From Octopus sinensis (lineage: Eukaryota), in NCBI RefSeq assembly GCF_006345805.1, contig NW_021832604.1, positions 55,465 to 119,464 of the forward strand: a stretch of DNA of 64,000 nucleotides, written 5' to 3'. Below are positions 24,054 to 37,186 of this stretch, piece by piece; position 1 is the stretch's first letter; each line of letters starts with the position of its first letter. A program made the position numbers and the translations under genes. Under the pieces are notes generated by a model. The model did no database searches. It saw nothing but the letters and a program-made list of their open reading frames with translations, and had not been told where the DNA came from.

Positions 24054-25976
24054 TTACATTCCATCATAGGCGGGACCACCTCCCTCGGGCGTCACCCAAT
24101 TTATACTCTGACTTGGATCCTTAATATCACACGTCTTGCAGTGAATGCAATTTTGAAAATTAATTTTCAAATTCTTTCCATTTTCTCCATCAATGTATTC
24201 ATAAACCCCTAAAAGTGGCCTCCAATCGTATAACCCGCCGGACAAAACCTCTGTTCGGGACCGTCGAATTTGGGTAAATTAATTGACAAGGTGGCCTTCT
24301 CGTCAACCAAGGTCAAATGTGGTGGCTGATCGGACTCGTGATTCGTGTTTGTCAGCGACACTGAACTCATCAGATCGAATAATAATTTCCGATCAGGTTT
24401 TGGGTATTCAATTTTATGACTATTTTGCTTTAAGCAGGCGTGATCTGGCTTTTTCTTGTGCTTCAAAGTCCAGGGCTCCCGCCCCTTAAATAAATAATAG
24501 ATCGTCCCCGTGTGGAGAATCCCAAACGACCGTCCGTAGTTGAAGGATGGTCTGTAGTTCCTGGCAGAATAAAGATCCCTCATAACATCGCTATTACGAA
24601 TCGCATCTTGATATCCCGACACTACATTGTCTGCACAGTCAACGTCATTCCCTACTTGAGGTCTGGAGGTGCTCGAAAATGGATTCTGCTGCAATAATTC
24701 CACTCTTCATTGCATTGTGAATCCCTTTCGCCTTGGCAGCATCCAGGAATCCCGCTCCACATCCAACCAGCACTCCTCCAGGGAAAACGACACGTGGAAG
24801 ACTCTAAACATCGAGATCTTGGAGGGACCTGAAGTCCTCCCTCATTTAATGCACGTGCTCCATAAGAAATACGTTTCCCGCCTTCCAGGAGAGTTGAGAA
24901 ATATGGGTGAAGTTTGAGCTTCTGCAGTTCATTGAAGGGGGACAAATAAGTGTTTGCATAGTCGAGGGCCACGACGAGTCCAATCCCCACCAAGTTGGAG
25001 TCCTGTCCCTCATTCCCATAGTGATAGATGAAACTGCCCCCATATGTCTGGGAATCCTCACACATCAATCCTGGGGGCATACCAGAGGGAACCCGACAAA
25101 GTGCTCAACTCGGCCGGGTGAATGTTTGCCAGGACTGACTTGCCAGATTTCTTTGAGACCAATTCCGTGAGTTTGATGGAGTGCCTCATCTCTTAGTTTA
25201 TATAGTTGAATGAGTTGTTTGGTGAGGTGACCGTGGCAACCCTCAGCAAACACAGTGATGGGTGCACGCAGTTCCATTCCTCTCTCGAAGTTGTTCTTGG
25301 GACTGCCATCAGAACGAATCCCCAAATCATTAGTGGCCACGCCTGCCACCGCATGTTTGTCGAACAGCAATTCGGCTGCCGCGTAACCAGGATATATCTC
25401 GACACCCAGTTCGTCCGCCCGGTCACCCAACCACGCGTTCAAATGGCCGTATCGAATAACGTAATTCCCCCGATTGGACAAATTCGACGTTTGTTTGTGA
25501 GGAATGACACTTTCTCCACCCCCACTGGAGTTTGGAGAGGCGGAGGCTGCCATTTATGCCAACACAAACGTCAAAGGCCTGCTTCCAGTCGGGGAATAGA
25601 GCATTCAGACCAGAAGGATCCAGACAAGCACCACTCAGAGAATGAGCTCCTTCAAACGTCCTGAAAGAGGCAAACCGAGGTAGGGGCCTTTCTCCAGCAG
25701 GCAAACACGACATTCTCGGTCAGCCCCCACAGCCAGCTGGCGCAGTCGAATTGCCGTTGACAGGCCGGCCGCACCGCCCCCCACAATGACCACATCAAAG
25801 TGATCTACTTCTCGTGTCATGTCAATTCCTGGACATTTTAGTGAGGAATATACACCCTTCCATCGAGGGTCAGTGCTACGCGGAATAACAGTGTAGTGAG
25901 TCGAGGGGAGACCACGCGATTGACTCACAAACAGGCTTTCTATTTTCCTGAGAATAAGTCTGTTGGGTGAATGCAT
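24054..25976 (-). CDS. ETFDH: Electron transfer flavoprotein-ubiquinone oxidoreductase
   Basis: FAD motif [36 protein letters not shown], 4Fe-4S motif [15 protein letters not shown]-terminal GGGPAYDGM*. Confidence 0.95.
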
Positions 25977-26019
25977 AATCGGACTGACAATATAAATTGA
26001 AATAATTATTTTTAATAAA

Positions 26020-26845
26020 TTAAATGATATTTCCCGAATAAATAGAATATGCAATAACTCCCCCCTGAAGTGGGAGAAAGACCAAGTAAACGAAGCACAC
26101 GGCAAAGAGGGAAGTGCCCCAATACCCCCGAGAAACCCAGGTCTGACCAAATTAGTAAACAGGCGTACACAGACAGAACAAAGTAAGTGAAGAATTGCAG
26201 TGACGCCTGAGAAATAGACCATTTTGCACAAATCATTCTTGACGTGTCCAAGCCACACGAAATAGCCCCACATGACGTGCATAACGTAGAAGGCCAGGGA
26301 CAAGAGGGCTGAGGTGTAGCACACAACTACCCGAGTACAACGGAAAGTGCACGTGCAGTCCATTTATTCCGAAACTGGCAGGCCCGGGGAGGACGGAGAG
26401 AATGTCAGTCATGGACACAATCGAGTTCATAGTCCCGAATGCACATCCCACGACTAAACTAACCACTCATCCACCACCCATATATAAGTTCTTCAGACCA
26501 CGGTCAAATATGTCAATTTCCAGCCTTCTCAACATTTTCCTACGAAATAACCAGAATAGTGACAGCATTAGCTTGATAAAGACCAGACGTGCGGCTTCTT
26601 GGAGAAGGACGGAACAAAGTGCACTGAAATGTAAGTGATACTTTCCACTTCTTCCAATAAACCAAATGATGGCAGACAAGTTCACTGCAAATATCCAGAA
26701 AAGTGCACTAGACATCACACAGGGGACGTTGCCTGCAGAGGAAGACAATCACGCGGATTGGGTTGCGTAATATGCAGGCGAAGAACACGACGACTGGAAT
26801 ACCGAAGGATATCAAAATACACCCCACAAACTCAACCAAGGCCAT
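26020..26845 (-). CDS. APH1: Gamma-secretase subunit APH-1
   Basis: MALVEFVGCILISFG..NPIRVI, ALFWIFAVNLSAIIWFI, SVLLQEAAR, GPASFGING, HVMWG, HLLCS follow the APH-1 motifs in order. Confidence 0.88.
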
Positions 26846-26910
26846 CAATTAATCAGTATTTCAAATTAATTCCCGACATATTTCATCATTAAACAAATAT
26901 TAAATAATTG

Positions 26911-29230
26911 TCAATAACTCTGATATGAGCGTAATTCTCTCGACCGTGCGAGAATATCGTGGCAGTACATGCTCACCATCTCGCCTTCCTCGGCCTGCTT
27001 GCAGTACAGTGCCACCTCAATTGCATGCTTTATCCCCACATACACCGAATGTCCGCCCAAATTACTCCCAATCTCCCTCAACTGGTTTTCCGTGAACACC
27101 CCCAGAGTCCCGACCACGGCAACAAGAGAGTGGACATCCTCGATGGGGGGGACTGTCTCGACCTTGGTGGCCTTGATTGCGAAATGGAGAGAGTGAAGTG
27201 CCTCAATACAGCTGGTGGTCATCAACAGGAGTAATCGGTTATTCTACAACTCCCCAACCACACTCACCTTCTCGGGGATTTCGGTGGCCTTGGACATGAT
27301 CATTTGGAGAATGGGGTTGGAAAAGCGGAGACCATTGGAAATGTATTCGATGATACTCTCCACTTGGTCGATGATTATGCAGCTGAGAGCACATCGACGG
27401 GCATCCTCGAACGTCTTGTTTATGTAATTGCACTTCCACCCCTCACTATTCCCAGCCATTCGAGACGATGTGATTACACGCGTGAATTTAAAACCCGCCG
27501 AAAGTGCTATTTGGGATGCCAGTGCTGTTGTCCCCGCCCCCGGAATGCCAGCCAGAATAAGCCAATGAGTATATCCTCGGGTATCCTGTGCCACACACGC
27601 ACTGGCAGCCATCACCCCACTCTTAATAATCTCGTCGACTTGGGGATTCCAGTGAATGATGGAGTGCTGAATGAGTCGAGAACATAATGACTCGGCCGAC
27701 CCAAAGGCGGGTTGGAGGTGGAGGAAGGCACCCCGCAGGTCATCCATGGTCACCACCAACTGGTCGAGGGCAGCCCGACTGTCAGTCTTGGTGAGGTGGA
27801 CATTCCTCGACATGGCCTGAGTGATAGCACTCTGCACGACCCCCTCGATCTCTGCCCCCGTAAAGTTCTCGGACTTGGCCACCAGCTCGCCCATGAGGAC
27901 ATCGGGGGACAGTTTGGACTTGGCCCGTAATCCCTTCAAATAAATGTCGAATATTTCTTTTCTTCCTTCCTCGTCAGGCAGACCAATTTCGATGTGGACA
28001 CCCAGACGGGATGGACGGAGGAGAGCAGGGTCAATCAAATCTTTTCGATTAGTCATCCCCACGATGAGGATGTTGTTGAGTTGATGGACTCCGTCGAGGA
28101 CTGTGAGGAGTTGATTGACCAGGGAATCCATCACCCCGGCCGACCCACTCACACTCCCACGTTCTTTACATATTGCATCCATTTCGTCGAAGATGACCAC
28201 ATGCAGGGCACTCTCCGCCCCCAACTTGTCCTGTTCTGCCACTGCCTCCGCGAATATCTTCCTCATATTTGATTCACTCTCCCCCACGTATTTACTCAAC
28301 AGTTCTGGTCCGTTTATGACCTTCACTGCACGGGCGTTCAGCATTTCGGCGATCTGTCGGGCCAGGGCTGTCTTCCCTGTCCCGGGGGGCCATACAACAA
28401 TATTCCGCGGGTGTGCTTCATTGCTGTCGAGTCAGACCATTGGAATACAGAGGACTTGACACACATCCGTCGGGTACAGTCGGGACACGAACGCCCGCTT
28501 GAAGATTGTCTCGAATTGAGTGGACAGTCCCCCAATCCCCAGCTTGTTCAAGTCCCAGTCCGCGTCGATCACCGCCTTCACTGGCACTTTCGAACTGGGG
28601 TGGGGAAATACACAGACTTTTGATATTTCCCACACAACTTTATGTTGGGGGTGTCCGGACAGGCCTCGAAGAGGATTATTGAACTGGGCGTCAATTGGCC
28701 ATGCTCCACTTTACTCTCCCCCACTGACATGACCAGAGGACATACCCTGAAGGGATGTCACTGTGAGGAGGACGGGCTTGCCACAATACGTGACGAGCAC
28801 AGGCAGTCCACCACACACCACCACATTCTGTTCCACCACCGACAACAACAACTCGTCCGTGGACATCCGAAATTCTTCCCGTCTGGAAGTATAACCCGAC
28901 ATATCACAATTTATTGACAAGCTTGACTTGCATGACAACATTCGACAATCTGACCTCGTTCACCACTTCCTCGATTATGACCTCGTCCCCGATTTTGGTG
29001 TTTAAATATTTCCTCTACCCTGCCACTCCTCAAATACCATGGGGGATGAAATGCAGACAACTCCTGTCTTGACCAGAGCGGACTGTCTGAGGGAAAGAGT
29101 CAAGACTTTCCCGTTGGCTGGTAACTTTGCACAACAACACCGCACTGTTCTATAAGTGAGACTATTTTGCATACTCTGACACACCGGATATTGTCAGTGA
29201 ATTGAAATAACTCATTTGGTCGTCAATGCA
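26911..29230 (-). CDS. NSF: Vesicle-fusing AAA ATPase NSF; 5' end approximate
   Basis: LGIGGLSTQFETIFKRAFVSR, GILLYGPPG, NGPELLSKYVGESESNMRK, VIFDEMDAICK, NNILIVGMTNRKDLID and a second AAA domain. Confidence 0.95.
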
Positions 29231-30788
29231 TGGCTCTACTTTGAACTTGCCAATCAGCCCCATTGAACACAACCACACTAATATTTTATTCTTTTATATT
29301 TAAACAAAAGGAGGCCACTAATTATTTCATTAATTAGTAATTAGAGTTGATCAATTAGAAAGATTGAATAATTTGATTTATTAATAAATATTTCCCCAAA
29401 CGTTGCCTTCTCATTACTATTTATTGATTGTCATGTGATTGAATGTGCTTATATTCATTTATAAAAGAATTGACTGGCCTTCCGTGAATGTTTGTGGAGC
29501 GTATAGACGAATGGGGTTAATGTGATCATTCAGACGGGAATCGACTCACAAATCATACGACACTCTGCCAGAACTCCACCCAAATATGTGCAAATAGAAT
29601 CATTCAGTTCATTGTTGATAATATCGAGGTCGGTGAGCCTGCCTGAGTGATTGTTTATTCAGGAAATTATTCCCACTTGAGGAATCCAACAAACGTGAAA
29701 AGATTGATCATTCTCCAATCCCTCTACTAAGTATCTTACGTGTTAGACTCCCAATTTTAGACTACTCACAGAATGAAGGTCTGTGGGTGTAAAGCAGAGT
29801 TGCGGGTGGAATATATAGGCTTGTCATGCTGTCCTTATTTGCTTAATTTATTTACTTTTGTGAATTTAGGTGATGATTGGCATTTACTAATTTTAATGCA
29901 ATGACGCACTTTGATTACTCCTGTCCTCATGCAATTACTCCGAGTTGACATTCTTATAGTGGCGAGAAAAACAGGCATGTCTGATTTAGTTTCTGACAAT
30001 ATCATACTCACGGGGATTGAGGGAGATGCACAAAAATATTACAAGTCAAATAATGAAGGAACCCCTTCTATTTTACTAGCGTCCGGCTGCAAAAAAAGGC
30101 CAATTAAATTAATCAAAAATTCCAAAATAAGCATCAATCATTTTCATGTGGGATTCCGGCAGCCTTTTTGATCTGTCAAAATCCAAATATAGTTTGATAC
30201 TCCCGAAAGGCGACAGTCTGAGGAGAGCCATCCCGTGCCCAAGTTTTGCTGTCTCTTTTCAACTTTCCTTTATTTGTAATCTCATTCCACAGAGGAGATG
30301 TCAAATTGGTCTTATTGTGCATCATCAATTTATTTTGAAATACTGAGGATGCCTTATAAAGTTGGTAAACGGCCTGTATATATTTGAAGCTAATTCGTAC
30401 AGCTTTCTAATCTGTACAGTTGCTGAGTTGGGAATTAACAGTTTTATTATATTAATCGAACAAGTCAATTGATTATTTTTGTTGCAGTAGTGAAAAAAAT
30501 ATGTTCTCGTAAATGAGACGGTTTTGATGTGTATTGTACAGGCAAACTTTTAAATTTTGTATATTTCATTGAACAGTCGACAGCGTAAGCATTTACTGAC
30601 CTTCCAGCAGAGAGAAACTGACACCAAGATACTGCTTCACGAAAAGCCTTCATTTAAAAAACCAATTAATATTCTATTATTTTGTTTTTAAATTGAAATA
30701 TCTATTAAGTTTAACTGAATTGTTGCCTAAAATGCAAATAAAATTTGAATTTAGGCGGGAAATATTAGTAATATTTTAGTGGTGGTAA

Positions 30789-33550
30789 ATGATGACGGAA
30801 AGCAACTTATCTTGCCTGGAAGTAATAAATAAATGAGAGAATAGATTGTGTTATCAATATGCTACGATCAACACAAAATTGGAGGCTGCTTTTATGATTT
30901 GAATTCATCATCCTTGAATTGGATTGCCGACATGCCCGAGGAAGCAGATTTCATGAATACAATCCAAAGTATAAAAGAAGGGGATTATTAAAGTACTACA
31001 ACAAACAGGCCCAACTCAAATTGTCCTCAGTTCGAGAACTCCTCAAAAATTGGCAGACGAGATGAGCAGATTTGGTTTGTTTACAAATTGATTGTCTGAT
31101 GGTCAAAGTGAGTCGTGTCGCATCACCACAGTCAGTCCACACGAGTTTGGTGAGTCCCCTCATAACCCCCAGACTACAACACAGCAATATCCCGCCTGTG
31201 CAACATCACATTGGAGGATGGGTTGGTTGGGAATGAACGGAAACTGTCCTCCCTCATCAACCTGGACTGCACTAATATGGTCACACATTCCACTCACCAC
31301 AGATCAGGGCCATCGGGGCACTCCTTGGCTTCCTTCAGTCTAATTTAAAAAACAGTCTGGCCACCCACCCTCCCAAATATACTCTCAAAATGTATTCCTT
31401 GTATGTCTCCCTTCCCCACGAATAGAGCAAACTCCACTTTCCTCGACCAGGAGGCCTACGAGTAATCCCTTCTTTGAGGTGTAGACTTTTGGGCATTTTT
31501 TCAAAGAAAACTCATCCATCCGCCTTCAAGGCCGGGAATGCCTTCAAGGAGTCTTTCGGCCTATTTGGTTATTTTATATAGTCTACCACAGGACTCCTCA
31601 ATCGGTGCCAGTCAGCTGTGGGCACTAGAAGACTCCGATTTCTGATGAGACAGCCTTCCAGTGACTGCCAACTTCTCTCTCAACGATATGATATTGTCGA
31701 ATTCTTTGCCTCCCATCACAGTCAAGCAGTCTTCTCCCAAATAAGAGCACAATTGAGACGCATTTCATCACCCATTGTATTACCATTCCATTCATTCCAG
31801 AATGTTCTCGAACGAATGAAATCAGGTCATTGTTCCCGCGCAGATTGGACTAACTTATACAGGGTTAGCCACTCCCGATCACGTAGACCTTAAAAGCTTC
31901 AGCAACAATAAAAAACATTTGTCAGCAACTGCCTTCTAAACTGTCAGTGTGTGATGACATTGTGGAGTGCTGGAACATGTCCTCAGGCCTGAATAAACTG
32001 TGGGAAATCTTTGAACGTGTGCTGGACATTGATCAGGCAGAATCGAACAACCAGTTCCTCATCCGTCCGAACTATTCGAGTGGACTGGACGAATGTACTC
32101 CTCTGCTTAATGGCAGTGAAGAATGACCATTCACAACTGTCCTTCGTCATGGACCAAGTGGCCATGAAAGAGCTATCGGAGCTTCCTTCCTGCATTGGCG
32201 AGTGCAAAGTGGTGTATCTCCCCCACGTGAGTCAGTCCTCCTCACGACAGGTGGGATTCCTTCTCAACCTCCCCTTCACGGACGAGAACGAGGAAATACT
32301 GGCACATTTGGATGGGTTCGAACTGAAGTTTGCGACAGAGAAGGGGGCACACTACAAGTCCCCCCAGACTCGGAGTAAGGGTGGTTGTCATTGGAGTGCT
32401 GGACGATGTCTACGGGGATATTTACTTCACGATATGTGACAGTGAGTATGACATTCTCCTCTCTCTCCAGGACAACTCTCTCCTCAATGCTCACTCCCTC
32501 ATTCGACTGGTGGCACTCCTCGCTGAACTTGACTGCCTCCTCTCCTTTGCTGATGTTGCCCGCCAATTCAAATACTGCCGACCCATCTTGGCAAGTTTGG
32601 GGGACGGGTCTCGTCTAATAATAAAAGGAGGGAGGTTGGGAGGATATCCACACGTAGACACCCACTCCTTCACTCCACGGACGTCATCACCAACGACACC
32701 CTCACTACTGATTCACAGCCTATCCACGTCATTAGTGGGGCTAATGGGAGTGGCAAAACTGTCTTTCTCAAACAGACGGCTCTCATTCTCTACATGGCGG
32801 CGATCGGGTGTCATGTGCCTGCTGAGAGTATGGAGTATCGCCCATTCGACGGCATCTACATTCACATGTCCACTTTCCAAAGCAATTCCGTCCCCTTTTC
32901 TCAGTTTATGGTCGCCCTCAATCGAGTTGTGTGGCCAGCTGATTCGTAGTTGGCCAGAATACTCAGACATGCCAGTCGCCTGTCCTTCCTCATTATTGAC
33001 GAATTCGGGAGTGAGACCAACTGTCTGAGCACTATTTCTCTCCTGGCTGGACTCCTAACATATTTGACTGGGCTCGTCCCGGACTGTCCTCTCATATTTA
33101 TGACCACACACCATTCCAAGACCATATTCCACCATTTCGGGAACTGTCCTTCCATCGTCTTCAGAGTATTGATTTGGGTTGATTTGGACAGCAACTGTCC
33201 AGTCTGGAGGGGGACGGGGAGATTGTGCATCTCCACCAACTCATAAATGGAGTGGCAGCAGATTCCCACGCGTTCAGTGTCATTTGTCGTTCCAACTTTG
33301 ATGAGTCGTTAATTAAGAGAGCCAAACAAGTAGTATGCCTAGTATATTTATAGATATACGAAATGCTATATGAACATAACTATATACTTCCCCTCCGAGA
33401 AGGGTCTAAGGATCAGGAATATTCATTGTACTCTATTTGTCACATCTTAGACACGAGATAGTTGTAGAACGCTTTTTGCAATGCGATATCACAAACTGTG
33501 ATTTGGAGTCTCTGCTTGACGAGCTGGAGGCATTAAAAAATAGTTCATAA
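30789..33550 (+). CDS. MSH5: MutS homolog 5 (meiotic crossover factor)
   Basis: KIGGCFYD, LLNRCQSAVGTRRLRFLMRQP, ISGANGSGKTVFLKQ, LIIDEFGSETN, CPLIFMTTH. Spliced C-terminus VERFLQCDI..NSS* aligns with the MSH5 tail. Confidence 0.88.
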
Positions 33551-33679
33551 TCATCGTTTTGAAATATTTCATTTCTTTCGTGTATAAATTTAAACGAACA
33601 AAGAGGAGTTCTCGATTGGTGACGAGCTGGCGACATTCATACGAGTGGTAACAGAAATAATCAACAAATCAATAACAAA

Positions 33680-36265
33680 TTAGTGCCCCCTGAATAGTGG
33701 GGCAATATTCCGGCAATTCGTACAGACAATCCATTCTTCTGGCACTTTTTTCTGTGTCAGTTCAAGGTAGTAAAAAAATAAATTTTCTCGGATTATGGCT
33801 GCAATGTCGGACTTGTCAGTCAATAAACTATCCCTTCCAAGTGGATTGGAATTATTCCGAAAATCAAACAAAATCATTTCTGTGAAACATCCAAATGTTC
33901 TATCAACCACACGCTCACTGAATTTAGTTATATACTCCTCCTCTATGCCATTCCACACGGCTATGACAACATTTGACATTATGGTGATCAGACTCTCACT
34001 GAGCCCACAAATCTAACAATACTATAACCAAGACAGTCACAGGACAACAAGGCCAAGTCGAACCCAAGTCCAAGGATTCCCCAGTGACCAGTTGATATTG
34101 GTGATTCAATGATGTCAAATCCTCGGTAAAGGGAATATCGAATACCATTTGAGTTGGCTAATAACAATCAACTTTAAGTAAAATACAAGACATCGGTCCG
34201 TAAAGCACACATCCCGTCCCCCAAGCCTCAATAGCCTTCCGAGGGGAGATAAATCTTTGGGAACCAATATTTTGGCATCCTTCCGAATAGGAGGCCGCCT
34301 CGAGTACTAAACTTTTACCAAAAAGTAAACAAACAGAGCACATGGAGGCTGGAACCGACTTTAGAGCAAATACAGGTCCTTTTGTATTCTTCAAATCTCC
34401 AAAAATTTGTGAAATTAAGCCGAGAGCACAGTCCAATTCCAAACAAACGTGTGCATCAATGGCTAGGCAAACTAAGGACGAGTAATAAACCTGCATAAAT
34501 CAGTTGGGAATCACGGAGAGGTCGTCTAGTCCAATCTGAAAGACATTCCGACTTGTCAATTTGACGTCCAAGAACTCGGTAACACAGCCCATTTAATCCA
34601 GAAACTTTTCCCGTGTCTGCACTCCACTTGATATTTAGGATGGTCGGCAGATGACGGTCAGGGTAGACCTTAACTGTATTAATATAATTTGACATGCCTC
34701 TTTGAAACAAGAAAGCATGTCTTTGAGTGATTCTGGGAAGGATGCAGAGTTGGCTCGAACAATGTGGGCGACATCTTCTTTGATAGAGTAACCTGTCAAT
34801 ATAAGAATCTGATGCCACCTATTTTTGTGATTTCCTCGTTGTAGATTATGCGCGACATGAAAAGTTCCCAAGAAGCATGTTGGCGGGATAGGGAGCATAG
34901 ATCCAAGACAAAGACTCTTTTTCCAGTAGCTAACTGCATCACAGCAGAGCAAACGTCGCCGCATCCCATGAAATCAAGGGCGAATTCACTGTCGAAACCA
35001 ATTTTTCTACAATTCTGAAAATAACAAAACACGACAACATTCGAAATAAAATAAGTGATATTCTCCAATTGTTCAGAGGTATTGACAAATTCAATGCTAA
35101 CATCGGCCGGGAGAACATAAAAATCTGCAGGCGGACGGACTTTCCTCTAAAAATAAGCATCAGGTCGACAACCAAATGTTCATATTTTGTTGAATCCGCT
35201 CTATCAAAATGTTCTAAGAACAATCCCCACATTCTTCTGAGTTCAGGAACCGCATCTTCAACCAAATAATTGAAGTCTCGCATTAATTTTTTACGCGGAA
35301 ACACATTCTCCCCATTCATAAAAAAGTACTGCATTTAACAAAATCGAAATACTGCGATATTGTCCAAAAGTGCTTCCAGACTGACTGATTTCTAGAGCGT
35401 GTAAATAAAGGAAATACTTCTGGGGAATCCATGTAGTGGTTCTTCAGTAGGAACCGAATACGGCCGTTGAAACACTGCAGAACCATGTTTGGATGACTTT
35501 CTTAATAATATTTATTTAGGGACTAACCAGGAGGAAATCGATATTTGCGAATAATATTTCTTAACAAATTGGTAAAGATAATTTTCCGTATTTTCTCGAG
35601 TTTCCGATGGGTTTGATTTCTGTCAAATTATTTAAAAGGAAACTTGATCAACTGACAGTCCAAAAACGTCACCACTGATCTCTGCAAATGGGGACTATCT
35701 GCAATCATAGTGATTATCAAATCAGTCTGGTTTGAAAGAAGCAGATTCACTACCACCTAACTAACTCAAAAACCGTTCACCTCCTCTAAAAGCAGGTTGT
35801 CTCTGTTCCTGCTAAGTTTTATTGCCCTGCTCGCCTGAAATAAAATCTAATTATATTTACAGCGATGAAATCATTTTCTTTAATTAGTTTGGAAATAACG
35901 GAGAAGGAATCTTGATTTCTCAAGGATGAAAAATCGAGGAATTGTGACGAAAACTCTGCCAGGTTTTTCGACTTGGAAAGAAGACCAAGTCCCCTAGATA
36001 AGTCTGAGGGACTGATCTTGGCGGTTATAATTGGGCGTTGTTTAAAATAATTAAGTAATGTAAACATTTGTTGAGTGTTAAGCTGGTTTTTCTCTACTAA
36101 AGTAACTTGAGAGAGTATACGAGGCTGACTGTTTGAGGATTCGAGTAAATCAAATATCAATTTGAATGGTTCGCTGGTTTTCCCGAATAAAATTTCCAAG
36201 TATTCTGAACTGAAACAGGTGTTTCTTAAATCAGACAACACGTACAAATAGTTAAATCTATCCAT
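33680..36265 (-). CDS. EXD3: EXD3/mut-7 DEDD 3'-5' exoribonuclease with MUT7-C domain (intact copy)
   Basis: ExoI KIGFDSEF; MQLATGKRVFVLDL; ExoIII DWTRRPLRDSQLIYAAIDA (28-nt intron 34463-34490); MUT7-C LGRLLRLGGRDV, CPICG and terminal CTNC..GH*. Confidence 0.85.
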
Positions 36266-36357
36266 GTGTTTCACGCTCACAAAAAATTATATTTAAATAT
36301 GTATTAATTACATCAATATTGTTGAATAATTTGATGAGCTTTCAGACGTCATGTTTT

Positions 36358-36749
36358 ATGACAAAACTCAGACGGCGGGAAAACACGTGGTTGGGATGTA
36401 AGAAGAAATTTCTTTGTATTCTCTCGAATCATCGAATGCAGTAATTATTCACGAATATGCGAATGAACTATTTTCGCATCCGATTGGCCCATCCAACTAT
36501 GTGAACATTGAACAGGTAAATTCTGGCAGTTTATACTACTGTTTTCACAAATATATACTCTATTATATAGAAATGAAACTCCGGAGCCACTTTTTGGACG
36601 ACGGTTTTTCCAATCAACACCCTGAAATAGATTTGCGCATGTCAAGTTTGGAGGAAAAAGGCTGGGAGGAATACATGGAATACTATTTTCGATACCCAGA
36701 GGGTGTTGCCATGGACGGAAAACTCAAGAAATTTTCCAAGTCAGTATAA
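36358..36749 (+). CDS. Hypothetical protein, head-to-head with EXD3; 3' end unresolved
   Basis: ATG 36358 plus intron gtaag..tgcag joins ORF 36414-36749. No family recognised. Confidence 0.4.
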
Positions 36750-37186
36750 AAAAGAATTTATTTGAGCAATAAACTAAAGAAATATAAACTGGTTGAGTAA
36801 TTGACATTTCATGTGTTCTAATACAGGAGGATTTTTAGGCTTGTAAATGAGTGGGAGTAGCAGGAATATCAAGTTTTTAAGGAACAACCAAACAGACGCT
36901 TAGGAAATTTATTTGGAATCAACTCTGTCGTGGAAAATATATTCCAAAACAATTCCTTTTCCTAGAAAATCAAAAAATCTTGGTTTATATTCCTTTACAG
37001 TACTAAATTGGAATTTTACTAGGTCATTACAATGTATTACATAACCTGGGATAAATAGAAATGATAATCATTACATAAATTGTGACTAATATTATTCCGA
37101 TTTGTCATCTTATTTTAAGTATTTGTTTGAAATAAAATTACAAATTGAGCGAAATCTTGATAAAGATTTATATTAAGTGTTGGCAT

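Noticed and set aside
24200-29000. Many overlapping plus-strand ORFs
   Set aside because: Antisense shadows of GC-rich ETFDH, APH1 and NSF coding sequence.
32920-32960. In-frame TAG codons suggesting stop-codon reassignment
   Set aside because: Nearly all are the 3' AG of short introns (for example gtgtggccagctgattcgtag in MSH5); conserved genes end at normal stops.
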